Shown: piece after piece, positions 60,078 to 64,000 of the stretch | Numbering within the stretch: position 1 is the first letter of the stretch | Layout: each line of letters begins with the position of its first letter | Assembly (NCBI GenBank): GCA_964016885.1 | Contig: OZ024741.1 | Span: 264,182,001-264,246,000 of the forward strand | Direction: 5' to 3' | Source: Eledone cirrhosa | Lineage: Eukaryota | Length of the DNA stretch: 64,000 nt | Position numbers and translations under genes: made by a program | The notes under the pieces: generated by a model | Databases searched by the model: none | Told to the model about the DNA's origin: nothing | Seen by the model: only the letters and a program-made list of their open reading frames with translations

Positions 60078-60341
60078 AATGTATCTGTCACTGCATTCGT
60101 CAATATAGCCATTCTTTTTTTAAGGCGATAAGGCAAGTGGACTATCGTAATGAAAATTTGTAGAAAATTAAAGTATAGACTATAATTTTTCATGTGATGC
60201 AATCCTAGTACTGTTGTGTATTTTTCAAGAATGACTTGTAAATGTAGTTTCATGTGTTAACATTTACCAATATTTGGTGTTTCACAAAATAACATTCTTT
60301 TACTATAACATTTTTCTGGATGTAAATCTATTCTACATAGT

Positions 60342-60485
60342 GGGGTGCGCGTGGCCTAATGGTAACGGTGTCGGGCTTACGATCATAAGGTCGTAGGTTC
60401 AATTCTTGGGCTGGACTGCAGGTTGTGTTCTTGAGTGAAACACCTCATTTCACTTTGCTCCAGTATACTCAGCTGAAAATGAGTA
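60342..60485 (+). mobile_element. tRNA-derived SINE (family 2)
   Basis: A-box tggcctaatgg, B-box ggttcaattc, core tgtgttcttgag...acac, no CCA/acceptor closure. Confidence 0.78.
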
Positions 60486-60834
60486 TCAGCAATAGCTGGG
60501 GTGTAGTCTTGTACTAATTTTGAGGTGCTGATTTCAAATATCGCATCCATTTTTTCCTAACACATCAGGTTTTCATGTTTGTCTTTCACTCGGCTATCCC
60601 ATAAACACAGGACACACATATATTTTGTATACATTCCTATAAAAAAAAAAAGGTATTGCAATTTTTAAACTCAACAGCACCAAAATTATTCAAGAACAGG
60701 TCCCAAACTTAAGTCAGCAGAAAAAAAGCAACATTTTGTTGAACAGCGTCATTTATGTTTGAGTCTTCCTGGGAATATGACAATCCTATTTCTTGGGTTA
60801 TTCGACTCTCGTATTTGATTTTTTTTAAAATCTA

Positions 60835-61870
60835 TGTTACGTGTACATATGCATGTATGTGTGTTTATGTGTATATGTGTGTGCATGTATGAAAGTACAT
60901 GTATGTTGTTTGTTGTTGTTGTTACAGCTCACACCTATGCAGGTTTAGCTGGTCTCCTCCAAGGTATATCTCGTTTGTATGTTTGTGTATGTTTGTGAAT
61001 ATGTGTATGTGTATGTTTGCGTGTATGTGTGCGTGCATGCATGTGAGCATGTGTGTATGTGTGTTTGTATATGTGTGTATGTGTATGTGTGTGTATGTGT
61101 GTATGTGTGTTTGTATATGTGTGTATGTGTATATATATATATGTGTGTTTGTGTGTGCATGTGTGTATATATGTTTGTGTATATGTGTATGTGTATGTGT
61201 ATGTGTGTGTGTGTGCATGTGTGTATGTATGTTTGTGTATGTGTGCACGTTTGTGTATGTGTGCATGTGTGTGCAATGTGTGTACGTATGTTTGTGCGTT
61301 TGTGCATGTGTGTAAATATGTTTGTGTGTGTGTATATGTGTCTGTATGTATGTTTATGTGCGTGTGTATATGTGTATGTGTCTGAATCTATGTTTGTCTG
61401 TCAGTGTGTATGTATGTGTGTACATATGTATATGTGCATGTCTGTATGTATGCATATTCGTAGTTATGTATATGTGCGCATGTGTGTGCATGTATGTATG
61501 TGTGCGCATGTGTGTGCATGTGTAACGTATGTTTGCGTATATGTATATCTGTGTAAATGTATGTGTCAGTGTGTGTGTGTTTATACACAACAGTTTCAAT
61601 ATGTGTGTGTATGTGTGTGTTTAAACACCAGTTTCAGTATGTATGTGTGTGATTATACACACCAGTTTCAGTATGTGTGTGTATATGTGTGTGTTTATAC
61701 ACCAATTTCAGTATGTATGTGTGTGTTTATACACACCAGTTTCAGTATGCGTGCGTGTTTGTGTGCTTGTGTGTGTGTGTTTATGCACACCAGTGTCTGT
61801 ATGTATGTGAGTGTGTGTTTTATTTTGCGTGTGTGTGTGTGTTTGTGTGTGTGTGTGTTTGTGTGTGAGA
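60835..61870. repeat. Degenerate (GT/AT)n low-complexity tract
   Basis: Directly visible. Confidence 0.9.
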
Positions 61871-62329
61871 GACAGAGAACGTTATGTTGTTTCCTATCAA
61901 CTATTTCTATGTGAAGATTTAAAACGAAGTGTTTATAAAACCACGCAATGTCTGTTCAATGAATGTGTGAGTCACGTGTAACAATTTTATCAGAAATATT
62001 TTCATGTTTCCAGAAAAATTGACTTGATTTCCGCCATTTTATGTGCTGTTACGTTTGCTTGTCATCCCTTCAACTGCCAGATGTTTCATGTTTGCTGCTG
62101 GTGTATGATGACATATTTTGAATATTGTTTCTTAGCTTTGGTTGTTTCATGGCACTTTTCATATATATAATGTAGCCTTACTGGTTGTGTGATTATGTGA
62201 GCGAAACATTACGTAGCCATGATCGCCATTGAAATATTGAAATATGTATCACAGCTTTATGTATAAAGGAATTATGAACATCTGCCTCGGACCTTTGCAA
62301 TTATACATATTGTATACACACACACACAT

Positions 62330-62365
<36 letters not shown>

Positions 62366-62524
62366 TTAAGTTAACGAGGTATCGTTTAAGGCAATCCAAG
62401 TAAAGGTTATGAGTATCCTGTATCGAGGATAGTTTTAACACAACAGCTTTAGTCGACAGTTTTAAAGCTGATTGATGGCTGCCATGTTGAAAAAAAAAAC
62501 TTGTTCAATCCTAATCACCAGATT

Positions 62525-63345
62525 ACGTACACACACATCTACACACACATCCACACACACAAAAACATACACAGACACACGCACACACGCATACATACGC
62601 ACACACAGAGGCAGACACACACTCAGACAAAGACATACGCACACGTACAGGCACACACACACACGCACACGCGCGCACACAGACACACGCACACATTCAC
62701 ACACACACACACACACATTCACACACACACAGACACAGACACACGCACACACACACAGACACACGCACACGTTCACACACTCACACACACACACATACAC
62801 ACACATATATAAACACACACACATATACACATACATACATATACACGCATACATACATATACACGCATACATACACACACATATATAAACACACACACGC
62901 ACATACACACATATACACACACATATACACACATATACACATACATACAAAGGCGTACATATACACACACATACAAATACATAAACATACATACATACAG
63001 TCACGTACACAGGCATAGATACATACGCATATACACATACATACGCACAAATATATACACATGTACACATGCATACACACACGTACACACATACACATGC
63101 ATACACATGCATACACGCACATACACATACACATACATGTATACACTCACAATGCATGCACACACATACATACACTCACATACTTACACACATACATACA
63201 CATATCTACACACACACATATATATATATACACGTATGTACACACACATACATACACACACATACATACACACATATATACACGTACATTCACACACATA
63301 TATATATACATATATATGTGTGTGGATGTACATATATATGTATAG
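62525..63345. repeat. Degenerate (CA/TA)n low-complexity tract
   Basis: Directly visible. Confidence 0.9.
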
Positions 63346-63347
63346 AG

Positions 63348-63708
<361 letters not shown>

Positions 63709-64000
63709 TACACACACGCACGCACACATATATATATATATATATATAGAAAGATTTGAATGGATACAGTTTAGTTGAAAGGAATTTATTGACACGTGTT
63801 TCTATAACAGTTACATAACCTAAAACAGCTATCTACAAACTTTTAGTTATGCAGACATTCAATATTTCAATGTTATTGTTTACTGTCATTTCATCAGAAT
63901 AATATTACTGAGGACCTATTTAGTTTTTATAGAGAATATTAGGAGGAAGGGGTGAAGTTGTTAGAAGAATAGTTGAAGGAGTGGTTTTTCGATAGCAGTG

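Noticed and set aside
60342-60420. tRNA gene
   Set aside because: A/B boxes are present but the acceptor stem does not close, and it continues into a SINE body with a second copy at 59715-59848.

Overview
Eukaryotic, repeat-saturated animal DNA. The SINE types and microsatellite load suggest an octopus or other cephalopod, which is an inference. No host gene can be supported. (1) 0.1-16 kb: Penelope-type inverted terminal repeats carrying hammerhead-ribozyme motifs, a Helitron Rep N-terminal fragment whose coding sequence has been amplified into a 56/57-bp minisatellite, and about 12 kb of consecutive micro/minisatellites. The long ORFs here are artefacts. (2) 16.8-49.4 kb: a ~33-kb same-strand head-to-tail array of seven Tx1/L1-group non-LTR retrotransposons from at least three families, joined through (ATT)n tails. 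It includes three ~6.03-kb near-identical copies with intact 1139-aa APE-RT-CCHC ORF2s. (3) 50-64 kb: tRNA-derived SINEs, a Buster-type hAT transposon and its MITE with exact 8-bp TSDs, a mariner MITE, a Penelope GIY-YIG fragment and more simple repeats. Most notable points: the (ATT)n-linked multi-family LINE array; a G|GTAAGT splice-donor consensus overlapping the ORF1 stop codon in all three families that have this junction; a 217-bp exact duplication carrying a 34-nt 3'-end 'tag' in front of two elements; shared SINE/LINE 3' ends; and several hammerheads with unusually long stem II.
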